Source of the DNA: Mycolicibacterium smegmatis
Lineage (GTDB): Bacteria; Actinomycetota; Actinomycetes; Mycobacteriales; Mycobacteriaceae
Assembly: GCF_001457595.1 (NCBI RefSeq)
Contig: NZ_LN831039.1
Coordinates: 1,350,001 to 1,382,000 of the forward strand
DNA: 32,000 bases
Direction of reading: 5' to 3'
Translations under genes and position numbers: made by a program
Shown here: in pieces, positions 30,108 through 32,000 of the stretch
How the letters are laid out: each line of letters opens with the position of its first letter
Position numbering within the stretch: position 1 is the first letter of the stretch
Notes under the pieces: model-generated
The model's database searches: none
The model's input: the letters and a program-made list of their open reading frames with translations, nothing else
What the model was told of the DNA's origin: nothing

Positions 30108-30535
30108 CAGCGCTTGGTCGGCGGCGTGTCGGTGTCCGCGCTCTCGGAGAGAGACTCCAAGAGCGCGTGTGCTTTTCCCATGATCCCCAGGGCAGCCTCG
30201 GTGGTCGCCAGCCGATTATTGGCCTGGGCGAGTTCCTTTTTCAGGCGGGCGATCTCGGCCTGCTCGCGGGTGAGTTTACCGACCTTCTCCCCAGGTGCCT
30301 TGCCTTCCAACACCCCAGCATCGCGTTGTTTGCGCCACTCGGCGATCTGCGAGGAATACAACCCCTCACCGCGCAGGTACGCCCCACCATCGTTGGTCGT
30401 ACAGGCCTGCTCATAGGCATCCAGGTGGGCCAGCTTCTGCGCCGGAGAAATCGAGCGCCGCCGGCGCGGGCCATCAGATCGCGGTGAAGGTGCCACCGCT
30501 CCAGTCTCGCGCACAGCAGCCATCGTCGTCGTCAT
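30107..30535 (-). CDS. IS3-family transposase OrfA (142 aa) of the outer element
   Basis: ISPAQKLAHLDAYEQA...YSSQIAEWRKQRDAG...LTREQAEIARLKKELAQANNRL, an HTH plus coiled-coil pattern. Confidence 0.8.
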   Translation of the reverse strand: MTTTMAAVRETGAVAPSPRSDGPRRRRSISPAQKLAHLDAYEQACTTNDGGAYLRGEGLYSSQIAEWRKQRDAGVLEGKAPGEKVGKLTREQAEIARLKKELAQANNRLATTEAALGIMGKAHALLESLSESADTDTPPTKR

Positions 30536-30708
30536 GGTTCAGGTGATTCCGTTCTCGCCCCGAGATCAAGCCAAGTTGCCAAGTTGCTAAGTACCAGTGG
30601 ACTCAACTCACCCTGACACCCAGGGAGAGGGCAAGTTGAGGCGCCGCCGGGGAGCTACCCCGATGGCGCCTCGCTGGGGTCTGCCGCACGATCAGGTGAC
30701 AGATTCGG

Positions 30709-30997
30709 TCACGCGGCCTGACTGGCCGGTGTGGTCATGATGGCTTCGAATTCGATCGGGGTCAACCGCCCAAGTCCGGCTTGTCGCCGGCGGCGATGGT
30801 AGGTCCGTTCGATCCAGGTGACGATCGCGATCCGCAACTCTTCTCGTGTGCTCCAGCGGCGGCGATCGAGCACGTTCTTCTGGAGCAGGGCGAGGAAGCT
30901 CTCCATGGCCGCATTGTCGCCGGCCGCGCCTACGCGGCCCATCGATCCGACCATCTCGTAGCGGCCGAGTGCGTGGACGAATCTTCGTGACCTGAAT
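30709..30997 (-). pseudogene. C-terminal remnant of a third IS3-family OrfB, truncated by the IS30 element
   Basis: AQFRSRRFVHALGRYEMVGSMGRVGAAGDNAAMESF...RLTPIEFE is the end of an rve domain. Homology stops at about 30997, next to the IS30 transposase stop. The upstream part of the 165-aa track ORF is out-of-frame read-through of IS30. Confidence 0.65.
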
Positions 30998-31006
30998 TGG
31001 GCGGAT

Positions 31007-32000
31007 TCAATCGGTGGTCGCAACACCGGCTTGATGAAGTGAGTGTAGGTGTTCGGCGAAGGCTTCCGCGGGAGTGCGCCAGCCGAGGGTTTTCCGCGGC
31101 CTGGTGTTGAGGGTATGGGCGATCGCTGCCACGTCCTCGGCCGACCATCTTGAGAGGTCGGTCCCTTTTGGAAAGTATTGGCGTAACAGGCCATTGGTGT
31201 TCTCATTGGTACCGCGCTGCCACGGACTCTTCGGATCAGCGAAGAACACCTTGACTCCGGAGGCGACCGAGAACTGGGCGTGCGCCGACAGTTCCTTGCC
31301 CCGGTCCCAGGTCAACGACCGACGCAGTTGCGCGGGCAACGTGGTGATCGTCTGTTCCAGAGCGTTGGCCATCGTGATGGCGCCATAGCCGGCCAACGCC
31401 GGCCCGTTCTTGGTCCGCGGAATTATCCCGTAACCAACTTCACGTGGCAGATGGACCAGCATGGTGAACCGGCTGCTGCGCTCGACCAGCGTGCCGATTG
31501 CACTGCGCTGCAAGCCAATCAGGAGATCACCCTCCCAATGTCCGGGAACAGCGCGATCATCGACCTCGGGTGGGCGTTGGCTGATCAACGTCTCAGGGGT
31601 GACATGGGCCCACGCCTTGGACCGCGTTCGTGCCCGCGGTACCCGCAGTGCCCGGCCTCGGCGCAGGCAGCTGACCAGATCCCGCTTCAGCGCACCGCGA
31701 GATTCGACGTACAGCGCTTGATAGATGGCCTCGTGGCTGATCCGCATAGTCACATCATCGGGGAAGTCCAGCGGGAGCCGTCGAGCGATCTGTTCTGGAC
31801 TCCATGCCTGCACCCAGGCCCGATCACCCCGGTGCGGCTTGTTGCGTCCCTTCCACGGGGCGGCGGCGGGACCGACGATGACCTGGCCATCAGCGCCGCG
31901 AACGACGCCGGACAGTTTGTCCTGGACGTACTGACGCAGCCGGTCGTTGCTAACGAGCTTGGCGGTCTTGGGGCGGCGGGCGCGCCGCTCGGCGTGCCAC
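31007..32000 (-). CDS. IS30-family transposase, C-terminal ~330 aa (5' end beyond the window)
   Basis: WSPEQIARRL...GHWEGDLLIG...LTWDRGKELS...ADPKSPWQRGTNENTNGLLRQYFPKGTDLS. My translation upstream of the track start (31813) stays open to position 32000. Confidence 0.9.
   Translation of the reverse strand, partial: WHAERRARRPKTAKLVSNDRLRQYVQDKLSGVVRGADGQVIVGPAAAPWKGRNKPHRGDRAWVQAWSPEQIARRLPLDFPDDVTMRISHEAIYQALYVESRGALKRDLVSCLRRGRALRVPRARTRSKAWAHVTPETLISQRPPEVDDRAVPGHWEGDLLIGLQRSAIGTLVERSSRFTMLVHLPREVGYGIIPRTKNGPALAGYGAITMANALEQTITTLPAQLRRSLTWDRGKELSAHAQFSVASGVKVFFADPKSPWQRGTNENTNGLLRQYFPKGTDLSRWSAEDVAAIAHTLNTRPRKTLGWRTPAEAFAEHLHSLHQAGVATTD

Larger units (their letters stand above)
27780..30618 (-). 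mobile_element. IS3-family insertion sequence (about 1.55 kb of its own sequence) disrupted by a second IS
   Basis: Terminal inverted repeats: TGTCAAGGTGTTTGAGTCCAGTGG at 27780 versus the reverse complement of the right end, TGTCAGGGTGAGTTGAGTCCACTGG (ending at 30618). orfA is intact and orfB is split into two pieces. The flanks (..GGAATT / CCCAGG..) show no target duplication. Confidence 0.75.

Noticed and set aside
29352-30416. 354-aa plus-strand ORF
   Set aside because: It crosses the junction between the inner and outer IS elements (29678/29679) and runs antisense to the outer transposase genes. It cannot be an ancestral gene.

Overview
High-G+C actinobacterial chromosome segment; the gene content looks Mycobacteriaceae-like. 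Left part: a type VII secretion-style gene pair at the window edge, an intact IS1380-family element with CTAG target duplications, an XRE regulator and a DUF2786 protein. Middle: a sulfur-scavenging neighbourhood (formylglycine-generating enzyme, GntR/HutC regulator, Cys-type sulfatase, SsuABC/TauABC-like importer, SulP-STAS anion transporter). It is interrupted by an orphan but apparently intact GyrB paralogue and two overlapping DUF202 membrane genes, and is followed by DUF4352 and PASTA-like exported proteins. Right part: about 1.1 kb with no convincing CDS, then a compact, visibly lower-G+C, four-gene plus-strand operon (17780-27751). It encodes a BrxC-like DUF499 P-loop ATPase, a 160-aa unknown protein, a DUF1156 DPPY amino-methyltransferase and a PLD(HKD)-SNF2 helicase fusion. 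I consider this operon the main candidate system. It combines BREX-like and DISARM-like parts but lacks the hallmark genes of either, and to my knowledge it has only been predicted bioinformatically, not characterised. The operon abuts a pile-up of insertion sequences: an IS3-family element split by a second IS3-family element, an IS3 remnant, and an IS30-family element running off the window. No rRNA, tRNA or CRISPR array was found by eye. Many long ORFs in the supplied track are antisense or out-of-frame shadows typical of high-G+C DNA and are rejected. All family calls rest on motif recognition by eye, with no searches run.
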